NCBI GenBank assembly: GCA_963666735.1
Contig: OY762926.1
Coordinates: 160,001 to 224,000 of the forward strand
DNA length: 64,000 bases
DNA from: Gemmatimonadota bacterium
Lineage (GTDB): Bacteria; Gemmatimonadota; Gemmatimonadetes; Palauibacterales; Palauibacteraceae
Direction: 5' to 3'
How positions within the stretch are numbered: the stretch's first letter is position 1; every line of letters begins with the position of its first letter. This document shows, piece after piece, positions 50,430 to 61,800 of this stretch. The position numbers were made by a program, and so were the translations under genes. The notes beneath the pieces were generated by a model. The model searched no databases. It was not told the DNA's origin and was given only the letters and a program-made list of their open reading frames with translations.

Positions 50430-51710
50430 CTACGAGGGGCGTGACCCCCGCAGTTCGAGTGTGGCGAGGGCGTCGAGGTGAACCTCGTCCGGGCCGTCGG
50501 CCAGGCGCAGCGTCCGCGAGTGCGCGTAGGCGGCCGCGAGCCAGGTGTCGGGGCTCACGCCGAGGGCGCCGTGGACCTGGATCGCCTGGTCGAGGACGCG
50601 GCAGGCCATGCGGGGGGCGACGACCTTGATCATGGCGATCTCCCGGCGCGCGGCCTTGTTGCCGACGGTGTCCATCATGTGGGCGGCGTGCAGGGTGAGA
50701 AGCCGGGCCTGATCCACGGCGATGCGGCACTCCGCGAGTGCGTGGCGGAGTGCGCCCTTCTCGGCGAGGGGGCCGGAGAAGGCGACGCGGGTCCTCGCCC
50801 GCTCGGCCATGTCCTCGATCGCGCGCTCGGCGACCCCGGCGAGGCGCATGCAGTGGTGGATGCGGCCGGGACCGAGGCGGCCCTGCGCGATCTCGAACCC
50901 GCGGCCCGGGCCGAGGAGCATGTTGCCGGCGGGCACGCGCACGTCGGTGAAGCGCACCTCGCCGTGGCCGACCGGGGCGCTGTCGTAGCCGAACACGCCG
51001 AGCGGACGCACGACCTCGATCCCCGGAGCATCGCGCGCCACGAGGACCATCGATTGCTGCCGGTGGCGCGGTGCGCCGGCGTCCGTCTTGCCCATGAAGA
51101 TGAACAGCCGGCACTCCGCCCGTGGGGCCTGCGTCGCCCACCACTTGTGGCCGTTGATGACCCATTCGTCTCCCTCCCGCACGATGGACGAGCGGATGTT
51201 CGTCGCGTCCGACGACGCCACGTCAGGCTCCGTCATCGCAAAGGAGGAACGGATCTCCCCGGCCAGCAGCGGCTCCAGCCACTCCTTCCGCTGTGCCCGC
51301 GTTCCGTAGCGGGCCAGCGTCTCCATGTTGCCGGTGTCGGGCGCGTTGCAGTTGAAGACCTCGGGCGCCCATTCCACGCGTCCCATGATCTCGCAGATGA
51401 GCGCGTACTCGAGGTTCGACAACCGCGCCCCGCAGCGTCCGCCGGGATCGTCTCCCGGTGCGTCCGCCGAATCGTCCGCCGGATCGTCCGGGGGCTGCGC
51501 GTCGGGCGGGAGGAAGAGGTTCCACAGCCCCTCGTCGCGTGCCCGCGCCTTCAGCGTCTCGAGGATCGGCGGCGTGGAGAACCGGTTCTCCGCCGCTTCG
51601 ATCTCCCGGTGGAAGGTCGCCTCGTTGGGGTGGACGTGCGCCTCCATGAACTCGCGCACGCGCGCCTGCAGTTCGAGAGACCGTTTGGAGAAGAGGGCTG
51701 GGGCGTTCAC
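50430..51710 (-). CDS. Acyl-CoA dehydrogenase (ACAD10/11-like)
   Basis: [52 protein letters not shown]. Confidence 0.95.
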   Translation of the reverse strand: MNAPALFSKRSLELQARVREFMEAHVHPNEATFHREIEAAENRFSTPPILETLKARARDEGLWNLFLPPDAQPPDDPADDSADAPGDDPGGRCGARLSNLEYALICEIMGRVEWAPEVFNCNAPDTGNMETLARYGTRAQRKEWLEPLLAGEIRSSFAMTEPDVASSDATNIRSSIVREGDEWVINGHKWWATQAPRAECRLFIFMGKTDAGAPRHRQQSMVLVARDAPGIEVVRPLGVFGYDSAPVGHGEVRFTDVRVPAGNMLLGPGRGFEIAQGRLGPGRIHHCMRLAGVAERAIEDMAERARTRVAFSGPLAEKGALRHALAECRIAVDQARLLTLHAAHMMDTVGNKAARREIAMIKVVAPRMACRVLDQAIQVHGALGVSPDTWLAAAYAHSRTLRLADGPDEVHLDALATLELRGSRPS

Positions 51711-51865
51711 TCGCGTTCCGCCGGGGTGTCGGGGTCGAGGGTGACATTGTCGGGGTGGGCCCCAAGATTAGCGGGCCCTCCGGCGGAAACAACGGGCGCC
51801 GCCGGCAGCACCGCTACCGACAGGGCGGCCGGCACGGGCCGCCTCCACCTTTTGGGGACTCGGGG

Positions 51866-54139
51866 ATGAGCGAACGGCATCTGGGACTCTATGGCGCGAC
51901 GGCGCTCGGAGTCGGCGCGATCGTGGGGGGCGGGATCCTCGCGCTCGCCGGCGTCGCCTTCGCCACGGCCGGTCCCGCCGCGATCCTCGCCTTCGGCCTC
52001 AACGGGGGGATCGCGTTCCTCACCGCGATGAGCTTCGCGCGCCTCGCCCGGCGGTTCCCGGAATCCGGCGGCATCTACACCTACGCGAAGAAGGTGCTCT
52101 CGATCGAGGTCGCGTTCGTGGTGGGATGGGTGGTGTGGTTCGCCTCCATCGTGGCCGGCGTCCTCTACGCGCTCGGCTTCGCCGCCTTCCTCGTCGAAGG
52201 CTTGGAGCGCCTGGGCCCCGTGCTTGGCGAGTCGTGGGACTGGGTCGGACACGGCCGCACCCAGATCGGCTTTGCGATCGGCGCCGTGGCCGTCTACGCG
52301 CTGATTCTCGTGCAGCGCACCGCGGGAGGGGGCAACGCGGCCACGATCGGCAAAGTCGTCGTTTTCGCGGTGCTCATCGCCGGTGGTTTCGTCGCGTGGA
52401 TCGTGGGCGACTCCGGGGAGGCGCTGCAGCGGCTGAGCCCATTCGCACCCGAGGGCTCGCTCGGCCTGCTGCAGGCCATGGGCTACACCTTCATCGCCCT
52501 GCAGGGATTCGACCTCATCGCCGCGGTGGGCGGAGAAGTTCGGGACTCCCGCCACACGGTGCCCCGTGCGATGTATCTGTCGCTCGGGATCGCGCTCGTC
52601 GTCTACATCCCCCTTCTCGTCATCGTCGCGACGGTCGGCGCGCCTCCCGAGGGGATCCAGGCCGCGGCGCAGGCGCACCCGGAGGGGCTCGTGGCCGAGG
52701 CGGCCGAGCGCTTCATGGGGCCGGCGGGTTACTGGCTGGTCATCGGCGCCGGACTCCTGTCCATGCTGTCGGCGCTGCAGGCGAACCTGTTCGGCGCCTC
52801 GCGCGTCGCGTTCTCGATGGCGCGAGACCGGACGCTGCCGCACCACATCGGGGAGATGCGGGGGCGAACGGGGACGCCCGCCGTCGCCGTCGTCGCGACG
52901 GGCGGGATGATGACGCTGATCGCGGTCGCGGTGGGAAACGTCGCCTCCGCGGGCGCCGCGTCCAGTCTCATCTTTCTCATCTCGTTTGCGATGGTCCATT
53001 GGGCCGCGATGCTCGCGCGGATGCGTTCAGGCGACCCGCGCCCGGCGACGCTCCCGGCCGTCGGCGCGGCCCTCTGCCTGGGGCTGGCGATCTTCCAGGC
53101 CATCGCCGTACCCGAGGCGGGGCGAGTGGTCGCCCTGTGGCTCGGCCTCGGCGTGGCGCTCTACCTGATACTGCTCGCGCCCGGCGCCCGTCTCGCCGAC
53201 GCGAGCGCCCAGGCGCGTGACCCCGATCTCGCCCGCCTGCGCGGCCGCAGCCCGCTCGTGCTCGTGCCGATCGGCAATCCCGCCAGCGCCGCGAGCCTCG
53301 TCGACGTGGCGACGACCGTTCGCGCGCCGGGTGTCGGCCGGATCCTGCTGCTGTCGGTGATTCCGAGGGAGGGGCGGCCGGCGCTCTCCGGCGACGCGGT
53401 GGTGCGGGACGCCAAGGACATCCTGGGCGACTCGGTGCGGCGCGGCCTCGAGGACTCGATTCTGCCGGAGACGCTGTTCACGATCGCGTCGGACGTGTGG
53501 GGGGAGATTGCTCGCGTGGCCAACAGCCAGCCGTGCGAAACCGTGCTCGTGGGGCTGCCGCGACTCACCGAACCCGGCGTCGAGACTCGGCTTGAGGGTC
53601 TCATCTCCAGGGTCGGCGCGGACGTGGTCATCGTGCGGGCGCCGCCGCGCTGGCGGATCGAGGAGGCGCGGCGCATTCTCGTGCCGGTGAAGGGACGACG
53701 CGACCACAGCGAACTGCGCGCCCGGCTGCTTGGGAGCCTGGCGCGATCCTCCGAGCGGTCCGTCACGTTTCTGCGTACGCTCCCGTCCGACGCGTCTCCC
53801 GACCGGCGACGAAGAGTCAAGCGCACCGTCCGGCAGCTCGCCAGGGATGAGGCCGCGGGTCCGCATGACGTCGCCTTCGAACACACGGACGACCCGGCGG
53901 AACCGGTCGCCCGCCTGGGACAGGAGAACGATCTCGTAGTGATGGGGATGGAACGCCGCGGCTGGGGCGAACCCGCGATCGGCGCCTTCGCCCTCGAAGT
54001 GGCCCGGCGGACGGACATGCCCCTCATCCTCCTCGGCCGGCGGCGCCACGCCGGGACGCTGACCGCGCGAGGCCTCGCGCAGGCGGTGTCGACGATCCAG
54101 AGGTCGGGAGAGAGGTCGGGAGAGAGGTCGGAACAGTGA
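51866..54139 (+). CDS. APC-family amino acid permease with C-terminal USP-like domains
   Basis: GVGAIVGGGI, FPESGGIY, GFDLIAAVGGEV, SRVAFSMARD; LVPIGNP and RILVPV domains. Confidence 0.88.
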   Translation: MSERHLGLYGATALGVGAIVGGGILALAGVAFATAGPAAILAFGLNGGIAFLTAMSFARLARRFPESGGIYTYAKKVLSIEVAFVVGWVVWFASIVAGVLYALGFAAFLVEGLERLGPVLGESWDWVGHGRTQIGFAIGAVAVYALILVQRTAGGGNAATIGKVVVFAVLIAGGFVAWIVGDSGEALQRLSPFAPEGSLGLLQAMGYTFIALQGFDLIAAVGGEVRDSRHTVPRAMYLSLGIALVVYIPLLVIVATVGAPPEGIQAAAQAHPEGLVAEAAERFMGPAGYWLVIGAGLLSMLSALQANLFGASRVAFSMARDRTLPHHIGEMRGRTGTPAVAVVATGGMMTLIAVAVGNVASAGAASSLIFLISFAMVHWAAMLARMRSGDPRPATLPAVGAALCLGLAIFQAIAVPEAGRVVALWLGLGVALYLILLAPGARLADASAQARDPDLARLRGRSPLVLVPIGNPASAASLVDVATTVRAPGVGRILLLSVIPREGRPALSGDAVVRDAKDILGDSVRRGLEDSILPETLFTIASDVWGEIARVANSQPCETVLVGLPRLTEPGVETRLEGLISRVGADVVIVRAPPRWRIEEARRILVPVKGRRDHSELRARLLGSLARSSERSVTFLRTLPSDASPDRRRRVKRTVRQLARDEAAGPHDVAFEHTDDPAEPVARLGQENDLVVMGMERRGWGEPAIGAFALEVARRTDMPLILLGRRRHAGTLTARGLAQAVSTIQRSGERSGERSEQ

Positions 54140-56505
54140 CGGCCGACGTCATCATCGTCCTCGCCATTGTCGCGGTGGCTGTCGTCCTCTTCGTCACGGA
54201 ATGGGTACGCTACGACGGCGTGGCGCTCATGGTGCTCCTCTCCCTGGCGATCTCCGGCGTCATCCCCATGGCCCGCGCCATCGATGGGTTCGCCAACCCC
54301 GCCGTGGTCACGATCGCGGCCGTGCTCGTGCTGAGCGGCGGGCTTTACAAGACCGGCGTCGCGAACCTCGTCGGCGCCCAGGTGCTGCGGCTGGCGGGTG
54401 ATTCTCAGGTGCGGGTCACGGCGCTGCTGATGCTCACGTCCGGGATCATGTCGGGGGTGATGAACAACACGGCGGCGGTCGCGCTCCTCATCCCGGTCGT
54501 GATCCAAATCTCCCGCCGTCTCGGCATGCGTCCCTCCCGGCTGCTGATCCCGCTCTCCTTCGCCGCGCTACTCGGCGGCATGACGACCCTCATCGGGACG
54601 GGGCCCAACATCCTCCTCTCGAGCATACTCGAGCGCATGGGGCAGGGGGGGTTCGGCTTCTTCGCGTTTACGCCCGTCGGCGCGACCGCGCTCGCCATGG
54701 GGGTCCTGTACGTGGTCCTCGCGGGGAGGCACTTCCTGCCGGACCGCTCCGCGGGGGACGAAGACGGGGGGGGCGAAGGGGGCGACGAGATCGACCTGGC
54801 CGGCCGCTACCGCCTCGCCGAGTCGCTGCTCTCGCTCCGGATTCCGTCGGATTCCGCGCTCGACGGGTGTTCTCTCGTCGAGGCGCGGCTCGGGCAGGCG
54901 CTGGGGTACGACCTGCTGGCCGTGCGTCGCAAGGGGCAGCTGGTGCGGGCTCCGGAGCGGGATTTTCAGCTGCGGAGCGACGACGTGCTCATCGTCGAGG
55001 GGCGGCTCGGGGCGCTCGACCGCCTGCGCGCCTGGGGTCACCTCGCCAGACACAGGGAGTCGGAAGGCGCCCTGGGGCGTCTCGTGAAGGATGCGACGGT
55101 GCTGGCCGAGGTCGAGATCGCCGAGAAGTCGGACCTCGTCGACAGCACGGTGCGCAGTATCGATTTCCGCAACCGTTTCCAGGCCCACGTCGTCGCCATC
55201 CGGCGCGGCGGCGGGGTCCTGAGCGGCTCGTTCCAGAGGGTCAATCTCGAGACCGGCGATGCGCTCCTCCTGCTGGGTCGCGAGGACCAACTCCAGCAAC
55301 TCCGTTATGCGGCGGAGTTCTCGTCCGTCGGATGGACGGACATCGGTTCCGCCACCGAGGCGTACGAGTTGCACCGATGGCTGATGCGCCTCCACATCCC
55401 CGACGGATCCTGGCTGGACGGACGGACCCTGGAGGCCTCGCGGCTCCGGCGCGCCTTCGACCTCACGGTGCTGGAGATCGAGCGCGAGGACGGCGACATC
55501 GCCCTGCCGCACGCGTCGGCGAGGATGCGGGCCGGCGATCACCTCATCGTCGAGGGGGCCCCGGCTTCCTTCGCCGTGCTGGAGGCGCTCCAGGCGCTCG
55601 TGCCGGCGGACGAACGACCCTCCGTGGGCGAACTGGAGTCGGAGGACGTGGGGTTCGCCGAGGTCACCCTGGCCCCGAGTTCCGACCTGGTCGGGAAGAC
55701 GCTGCGCGAGGTCCTCTTCCGCGAATCGTACGGACTGAACCTGATCTCGATCTTCCGGGGGGGGCGGGCCTTTCACTCGAACATCCGCATCGCGCGGACG
55801 GCGCTCGAGTTCGGGGACGCTCTCCTCGTCTACGGCAACCGGAAGAAGATCGCGCTCCTTGCCCGCGACCCGCGATTCCTGGTCCTCCACGGCCAACTCC
55901 ATGAGGTCTTCCGCGTCGACAAGGCGTGGATGGCCAGCGCGATCATGGTGGGCTTCATCCTCGCGGCATCCCTCAACCTGCTCCCCGTGTACATCGCGGC
56001 GCTGCTCGGCGCGCTCCTGATGGTGTGCGCCGGGTGCGTGAAGGGGAACGAGGTCTACACCTTCGTCGAATGGCGGGTCGTCATGCTCCTCGGGGGGATG
56101 CTGGCGCTCGGTCTCGCGATGGAGGATTCCGGCACGGCGGAACTCATCGCCCGCGAAGTCGTGGGGCGGGCGGCGGAGATGGGACCGCGGATCCTCATCG
56201 CGAGCATTTTCCTCATCTGCGCGCTCGCGGCGCAGTTCGTCCCCACCTCGGCGGTCGCCGTGCTTGTCGCGCCGGTCGCGCTCAGCGCCGCGTCCGAACT
56301 GGACCTTTCGGCACGGGCGCTGCTCATGGTCGTGGCGGTGGGCTCCTCCTGCGCGTTCCTAAGCCCCTTCGGCCACCCGGTCAACCTGCTCGTGATGGGC
56401 GTGGGCGGCTACAAGGTCGTCGACTACACGAGAGTGGGCGCGCCGCTCTTCCTGCTCCTGCTGCTGATGGTTGTCTTCTTCCTCCCCATCGTCTGGCCTC
56501 TCTAG
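54136..56505 (+). CDS. SLC13-family permease with multiple TrkA-C domains
   Basis: GFANPAV, MNNTAAV, LGGMTTLIGTGPN, four RCK-C-like repeats, FLSPFGHPVN...GGYK..DY.RVG. Confidence 0.92.
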   Translation: MTADVIIVLAIVAVAVVLFVTEWVRYDGVALMVLLSLAISGVIPMARAIDGFANPAVVTIAAVLVLSGGLYKTGVANLVGAQVLRLAGDSQVRVTALLMLTSGIMSGVMNNTAAVALLIPVVIQISRRLGMRPSRLLIPLSFAALLGGMTTLIGTGPNILLSSILERMGQGGFGFFAFTPVGATALAMGVLYVVLAGRHFLPDRSAGDEDGGGEGGDEIDLAGRYRLAESLLSLRIPSDSALDGCSLVEARLGQALGYDLLAVRRKGQLVRAPERDFQLRSDDVLIVEGRLGALDRLRAWGHLARHRESEGALGRLVKDATVLAEVEIAEKSDLVDSTVRSIDFRNRFQAHVVAIRRGGGVLSGSFQRVNLETGDALLLLGREDQLQQLRYAAEFSSVGWTDIGSATEAYELHRWLMRLHIPDGSWLDGRTLEASRLRRAFDLTVLEIEREDGDIALPHASARMRAGDHLIVEGAPASFAVLEALQALVPADERPSVGELESEDVGFAEVTLAPSSDLVGKTLREVLFRESYGLNLISIFRGGRAFHSNIRIARTALEFGDALLVYGNRKKIALLARDPRFLVLHGQLHEVFRVDKAWMASAIMVGFILAASLNLLPVYIAALLGALLMVCAGCVKGNEVYTFVEWRVVMLLGGMLALGLAMEDSGTAELIAREVVGRAAEMGPRILIASIFLICALAAQFVPTSAVAVLVAPVALSAASELDLSARALLMVVAVGSSCAFLSPFGHPVNLLVMGVGGYKVVDYTRVGAPLFLLLLLMVVFFLPIVWPL

Positions 56506-56530
56506 TCGCCGTTCTCCGGCCGGTGGGCGT

Positions 56531-58540
56531 CTACTCGCGGCGCGCGACTTCGGTCTCGATCTCTTCCCAGGTTCTCATCAATTCGTCGAGTTCCCCCGTC
56601 CGGGACGCGCGTTCGGCCTCGAGCCTGCGGACCTCTTCGCCGGGTGTCTCGGCGTAGAACGCCGAATCGGCGAAGGTCTCGTCGATCTCGTCGAGTCGGG
56701 CCTCGGCGGCTTCGATCCGGCGGGTGATGTCGTTCAGCTTCTTCCGCAGCGAGCCGCCCCGGTAGCGGTTCCGGCTTCCCTTCGCGGTACTCGGCCGGGC
56801 GCGGCGTGGCGGTGAGGCGTCGTCCGTAGGGTTGCCGGCGGAGAGCTTGTCGGCGGCGCGAGTTTCGGCGGCGGCGACGCGGGCGGCGCGCTTCTCTTTC
56901 CGGGCCCTGAGGACGACGGTGTCGACATCGAGGTGGTCGTCTCCGCAGTAGTGGACGTACTCGTCGTAGCTGCCCTTGAAGTCGCGGATGCCGTCCTCGG
57001 AGATCTCGACGATGCGGGTCGCGAGCTGCGAGACGAACCAGCGGTCGTGCGAGACGAGGATGAGCGTGCCGTCGTAGCTCCGGAGCGCCCCGACCAGCGA
57101 CTCGATGGATTCGAGGTCAAGGTGGTTCGTGGGTTCGTCGAGAACGAGCACGTTGGGCCGCTCGATCGCCATCCGGCAGAAGACGAGTCGGGCGGCCTCG
57201 CCCCCGGAAAGGTTGCCGACCCGCTTCTTCGCGTCGTCGCCGGAGAAGAGCACGCGCCCCATCTCGCCGCGCACGAAACCGAGGGTCCGTCCGGGACAGA
57301 AGCCCGCGATCCAGTCCTCGGCCGTCTGACCCGGCGACTCGAAGCGGGCCTCCTGGTCCTGCGCGAAGTAGCTCGGGTGCGTCTCGTAGCCCCACCTGAC
57401 CCCGCCGGCGTCGGATTCCAGCTCGCCCATGACGATCTTGAGCAGGGTCGACTTCCCGATCCCGTTGGGGCCCATGATAGCCATGCGGTCCCCGCGCTCG
57501 AGCGTGAGATCGACGCCGTGCAGGACCTCATTCAGTTCCGCGCCGCCGCCGTACGCCTTCTTCACGCCCTCCATTCCGAGGACGGTGCGTCCGCTCGGAC
57601 GGCGGGATTCGAAGCGGAAGTTCGGATAGCGGCGGGAGGAGGCCGGGAGGGGCTGCAGGGCCTCGGCCCTCTTCTCTATGAGGCGCAGCTTGCTCTGGGC
57701 CTGTCGCGCCTTGCTCGCCTTGGCCCGGAAGCGATCGACGAACTGTTGGTGGTGGGCGATCTCCCGCTCCCGCTTGGCGAGTTCCTTCTCGCGCCTCTCC
57801 TGATCCTCTCTCTTGCGGACGAGATAGTCGTCATAGTTGCCTTTGTATGTAGTGACGGTCTCATAGTCGATGTCGATAATGTGCGTGGCGATATTGTCGA
57901 GGAACCGGTGGTCGTGGGAGATGACGACGATCGCTCCATTGAACTCCCGCAGGAACTTCTCTAGCCACCGGATGGAGAGGATGTCGAGGTGGTTCGTCGG
58001 CTCGTCGAGGAGGAGGACGTCGGGCGCGCCGGCGAGCGCCTGGGCGAGCAGCACGCGGAGCTTGAACCCGCCGGAGAGGGTGGAGAGCGGACGGCGGTGA
58101 ATGTCGCTCGGGAAGCCGAGGCCCTCGAGGATCTCGCCCGCGCGAGCCTCCGCTGTGTAGCCGTCGTGGCGCTGGAAGATCTCCTCGAGTTCGGAGAAGC
58201 GGTCGGCGTCGAAGTCTCCGTCCTCCGCCTCGATCAGGGCCTCCCGCTCGACCATGGCGCGCCACAGATCGGGGTTCCCCATGAGCGTGGCGCCGAGGAT
58301 TTCCTCTTCGTCGTGGAGGAAGTGGTCCTGGCGAAGAACGCCGAGTTGAAGCCGGCGGGGGACGGTGACGGATCCCTCCGTCGGGTCCTCGGTGCCCCCG
58401 AGGATGTTGAGGAGCGTCGTCTTGCCGGATCCGTTCGCGCCCACGAGGCCGTAGCACTCGCCGGGGTTGAGGAGGAAGGTCGCGTCGCGGAACAGGACCT
58501 GGCCGCCGAAGACCTTTCCGAGGCCTGAGACAGTGATCAT
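56531..58540 (-). CDS. ABC-F family ATPase (YbiT-like)
   Basis: Two Walker A motifs (GANGSGKT, GPNGIGKST), LSGG, LDEPTNHLD twice, no TM segments. Confidence 0.95.
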   Translation of the reverse strand: MITVSGLGKVFGGQVLFRDATFLLNPGECYGLVGANGSGKTTLLNILGGTEDPTEGSVTVPRRLQLGVLRQDHFLHDEEEILGATLMGNPDLWRAMVEREALIEAEDGDFDADRFSELEEIFQRHDGYTAEARAGEILEGLGFPSDIHRRPLSTLSGGFKLRVLLAQALAGAPDVLLLDEPTNHLDILSIRWLEKFLREFNGAIVVISHDHRFLDNIATHIIDIDYETVTTYKGNYDDYLVRKREDQERREKELAKREREIAHHQQFVDRFRAKASKARQAQSKLRLIEKRAEALQPLPASSRRYPNFRFESRRPSGRTVLGMEGVKKAYGGGAELNEVLHGVDLTLERGDRMAIMGPNGIGKSTLLKIVMGELESDAGGVRWGYETHPSYFAQDQEARFESPGQTAEDWIAGFCPGRTLGFVRGEMGRVLFSGDDAKKRVGNLSGGEAARLVFCRMAIERPNVLVLDEPTNHLDLESIESLVGALRSYDGTLILVSHDRWFVSQLATRIVEISEDGIRDFKGSYDEYVHYCGDDHLDVDTVVLRARKEKRAARVAAAETRAADKLSAGNPTDDASPPRRARPSTAKGSRNRYRGGSLRKKLNDITRRIEAAEARLDEIDETFADSAFYAETPGEEVRRLEAERASRTGELDELMRTWEEIETEVARRE

Positions 58541-58598
58541 GGGTCTATCTGCGCGCGGCGCGGCCTGTTGTCATGGGGTTGCGGGGGAAGGACGCGGG

Positions 58599-60389
58599 TC
58601 AGCAGGACACGCAGTTGTGGCTGTTCTTCGAGCCGAGGCTCTCAAGCAGGGCCACGGCCTCCGGGAAGGGTTGCGTGCGCTGGTAGGGGCCGTTCGCCAT
58701 GTCCGCGGTCGTCTGGCCCACGCGACTGACGGCCGTGACGTCCGCGCCGTGCTCGACGAGGAAGCGGATGACCTCCAGATCGCCGCGCGAGGCCGCGTTG
58801 TGGAGCGGGGTATAGCCCTCTTCGTCGCGCCGGTTCACGTCCGCGCCCAACTCTTCCACCAGGTAGCGGACGGCCGGCAGCCAGCCGTCCGGGACGTACC
58901 GGTGGGCGTTGCTGGGGAAGCCCTGGCCGTAGCCGATGCCGGTCGCGGCGTGGATCGGGTAATCGGCGGGGCCGCCCACGGGCACGGGGGGAACCCCGGA
59001 CAGATCTCGCTTCTCGCGGTCCCACGCCGGGAGCCGCCGCGAGGGCACCTTGATGGTGGCGAGGTGGGGGCCGGCGCCGTACTCGACGAGGAGCCTCATC
59101 GCCTCCACGTCCAGGGAGTACGCGGCGCGCCAGAAGGGGGTCGCGCCCTTCAGGTCGATCTGCAGGAGGTCGAAGTTGTACGACACCCACCACAGGTGCT
59201 TCCCGAGACGCGCGTTGGGATCCACGCCCGCGTCGAGCAGACGGCGCATGACGTCGAGATAACTGTGCCGCTGCTGCCCGTGGGCGTGTTGCTGCGGGTA
59301 GCGCGATTTCGGCGCCCAGTGGGCGTTGAGGGCGGCGAAGAGCGGTGTCGCGCCGGCGGCGGAGGCGAGTTGCGGGTCGGCGCCGGCCTCGAGCAGTTCC
59401 ATGGCGAGGTCGAAGTGGCCGTTGATCATCGCGATGAGCATGGGGCTCGTGTGGTCGCCGCCGCTCACCTGGTTGACGTCCGCCCCGGCCTCGATGAGCG
59501 CGCGCACGGTGCCTGCGTGCCCCTCGCGGGCGGCGTGGAGCAGGGCGGTGAGACCGCCGTGGCCGCCGATGAGGTCGCCGTAGCCGAGCGGCTCGGGCTC
59601 CTCGATCGGACGGTCGTAATCCTCCTCGTCCTCGGCCGCGGGACGGCCCGCCGGGGCGTCGGGAGCCGCGGCCAGCGGCGCATCGGATGGGGCGGGCTGG
59701 GGCGGCACCGGCGGTTCGGGTTCTCCGCGCATCCGCGCCGCGCGGGCCCGGCGGTCGGCTTGCGACCACCCGGCCAACGCTGTGATGTCGGTCACCCAGG
59801 TGGCAAGAGCGGGGTCCGCACCGCCCTCGAGCAGCGCCCGCACGGCGGCTTCCCGGCCGCGGGCCGCCGCGTACATGACCGCCGTCTGGCCCCAGCGCGC
59901 TTCGCGGGCGTCGGCATCCCCGCCGTGCTCCAGGAGCAGGCGGACGGCCTCCGCGTCGCCCGCGCCCGCGGCGAGGTGCAGCGGCGTCGCGCCGCCCACG
60001 TCATCGGTGGTGGCCGTCTGTTCCGCACCGCCGGCGAGCAGGAGGCGCACGACGTGTGCGCTGCCGACTTCGCTCGCGAGGAGCAGCGGCGTATAGGCCC
60101 CGATGCGGGTGACGGCGCCGACGTCCGCGCCCGCCTCGAGGAGCAAGCCCGCCAGGGCGGCGTTCGCGGAGCGGGCGGCCCAGTGGAGTGCGGTCATCCC
60201 GTCGCCCTGCGGCGCGTTCACGTCGGCGCCAGCGGACAGCAGCGCGCGCACGGAGGCGACATCGCCCGTCATCGCCGCGTCCGCCACCGGCGAATCGGGC
60301 GACAACGCGCCGCTCAGAAGGACCGCCAGCAGCGCGACCGCCGGCGGCTTCAGGGCCGTGACCATCCGGAGGTGCCCGTCCCGCTTCAC
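58599..60389 (-). CDS. Exported ankyrin-repeat protein
   Basis: Repeated G.TALH.AA / TPL..AA; terminal NCVSC. Confidence 0.92.
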   Translation of the reverse strand: MKRDGHLRMVTALKPPAVALLAVLLSGALSPDSPVADAAMTGDVASVRALLSAGADVNAPQGDGMTALHWAARSANAALAGLLLEAGADVGAVTRIGAYTPLLLASEVGSAHVVRLLLAGGAEQTATTDDVGGATPLHLAAGAGDAEAVRLLLEHGGDADAREARWGQTAVMYAAARGREAAVRALLEGGADPALATWVTDITALAGWSQADRRARAARMRGEPEPPVPPQPAPSDAPLAAAPDAPAGRPAAEDEEDYDRPIEEPEPLGYGDLIGGHGGLTALLHAAREGHAGTVRALIEAGADVNQVSGGDHTSPMLIAMINGHFDLAMELLEAGADPQLASAAGATPLFAALNAHWAPKSRYPQQHAHGQQRHSYLDVMRRLLDAGVDPNARLGKHLWWVSYNFDLLQIDLKGATPFWRAAYSLDVEAMRLLVEYGAGPHLATIKVPSRRLPAWDREKRDLSGVPPVPVGGPADYPIHAATGIGYGQGFPSNAHRYVPDGWLPAVRYLVEELGADVNRRDEEGYTPLHNAASRGDLEVIRFLVEHGADVTAVSRVGQTTADMANGPYQRTQPFPEAVALLESLGSKNSHNCVSC

Positions 60390-61795
60390 GAGCCGGCCGC
60401 GTTGGCGCCGGGGGCCGCCAGCGAAAGTGCGCCCGTGCTGTCGCCGAACTGTTCGATGTCCTCCAGCCCGAGCGCGTGCATGAGGGAGAGCATCGCGTTC
60501 GCCATCGGCGTGCCCGCCGGCGCCCGCACGTGGACTCCGCCGTCCAGCTTTCCGTTCGCGCCGCCGGCCACGAACAGTGGGCAGCGCTTGTGGTTGTGCA
60601 CGTTGGGGTCGCCCATGGGCGAGCCGTAGATGACCATCGTCTTCTCGAGCAGGTCGGTCTCACCGTCCATCGTGTTCCGCAGCCGCTCGAGCAGGTACGG
60701 GACCATCGACACGTGGAACCGGTTGATCTGCGCGAAGTCGTCGATGTTCCCTTCGTCGGCGCCGTGGTGCGAGGCCGGGTGGAACGGCTTGTCGACGCCG
60801 CTCTCCGGGAAGACCCGGGCCGACGAGTCGCGCCCCAGCTTGAACGAGAACACCCGCGTCATGTCGGACTCGAACGCGAGCGCCTGGAGGTCGAACATCA
60901 ACCGCACGTGCTCGACGAAGGAGTCGGGCACGCCGGCCGGCGCCTCGGGCAGCGCCCGCTCCTCGCCGCTCCGGTTCTGCGTCTCGACACGCTCGATGCG
61001 CCGCTCGATCTCCCGCACGTTGTCGAGGTAGCGGTCGAGCCGGCGGACATCGACGGGTCCAAGTTCCCGGCGGAGTTCGCCGATGCGGCCCGCGATGAAG
61101 TCGAGCACGCTCCGGTTCGCCCGGCGGCGGGCGGCGCGTTCCTCCGCGCTTCCCCCGGCGCCGAACAGCTGGTCGAAGGCGACCCTTGGATCGCGGATCA
61201 TGGGGAGCGGTTCCGTCGGCGATTTCCAGCTGATCGTGTCCGTGTAGACGCACGCGTAGCCGTACGCGCAGCCGCCGGACTGGTCCACGTTCTCGATGCA
61301 GAGCTGCATGGAGGGGATCGGCGTGTTCTGCCCGAAGCGCTGGGCGTAGATCTGATCCATCGACGTCCCGGCGCGGATGTCCGAGCCTTCGGTCTGTCGC
61401 GGATGGGAGTGCGTGAGGAAGGTCGCGCTGGAGCGGAAGTGATCGCCGCCGATCTCCTTCGGAATCCTCGCCTCGGCCGCCGCGATATCGGTGTCGCTGA
61501 TGATCGTGAGCCGGTCCCGGAACGGTTCGAGAGAGGCGAGCGCCCCGGCGCCGAGGTCGAAGTCACGGCCCGTCTGCAGGGGCGACCAGTAGCCGCGCGA
61601 CGCTCCGTACGCGGTCGAGCCCGCCGCGCCGTGCACCATCTCGATCGCGATGAGCCGCGTCGGATCCGCGGGGCGGATCGATCCCCAGAGCCGTCCGGCG
61701 GGCACCATGGCGTCCAGCATCGGAAGCGCCACGGCGGCCCCCGCCCCACGGAGGAAGGTGCGGCGTGGAATGTACTTTCCCGTGATGATGTCCAT
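60386..61795 (-). CDS. DUF1552 domain protein (Tat signal)
   Basis: RRTFLRGAG..VALPMLDAM, GGDH, SMDQ, Y.CVY.DTISW, IREIERRI. Confidence 0.9.
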   Translation of the reverse strand: MDIITGKYIPRRTFLRGAGAAVALPMLDAMVPAGRLWGSIRPADPTRLIAIEMVHGAAGSTAYGASRGYWSPLQTGRDFDLGAGALASLEPFRDRLTIISDTDIAAAEARIPKEIGGDHFRSSATFLTHSHPRQTEGSDIRAGTSMDQIYAQRFGQNTPIPSMQLCIENVDQSGGCAYGYACVYTDTISWKSPTEPLPMIRDPRVAFDQLFGAGGSAEERAARRRANRSVLDFIAGRIGELRRELGPVDVRRLDRYLDNVREIERRIERVETQNRSGEERALPEAPAGVPDSFVEHVRLMFDLQALAFESDMTRVFSFKLGRDSSARVFPESGVDKPFHPASHHGADEGNIDDFAQINRFHVSMVPYLLERLRNTMDGETDLLEKTMVIYGSPMGDPNVHNHKRCPLFVAGGANGKLDGGVHVRAPAGTPMANAMLSLMHALGLEDIEQFGDSTGALSLAAPGANAAGS

Positions 61796-61800
61796 CTGGA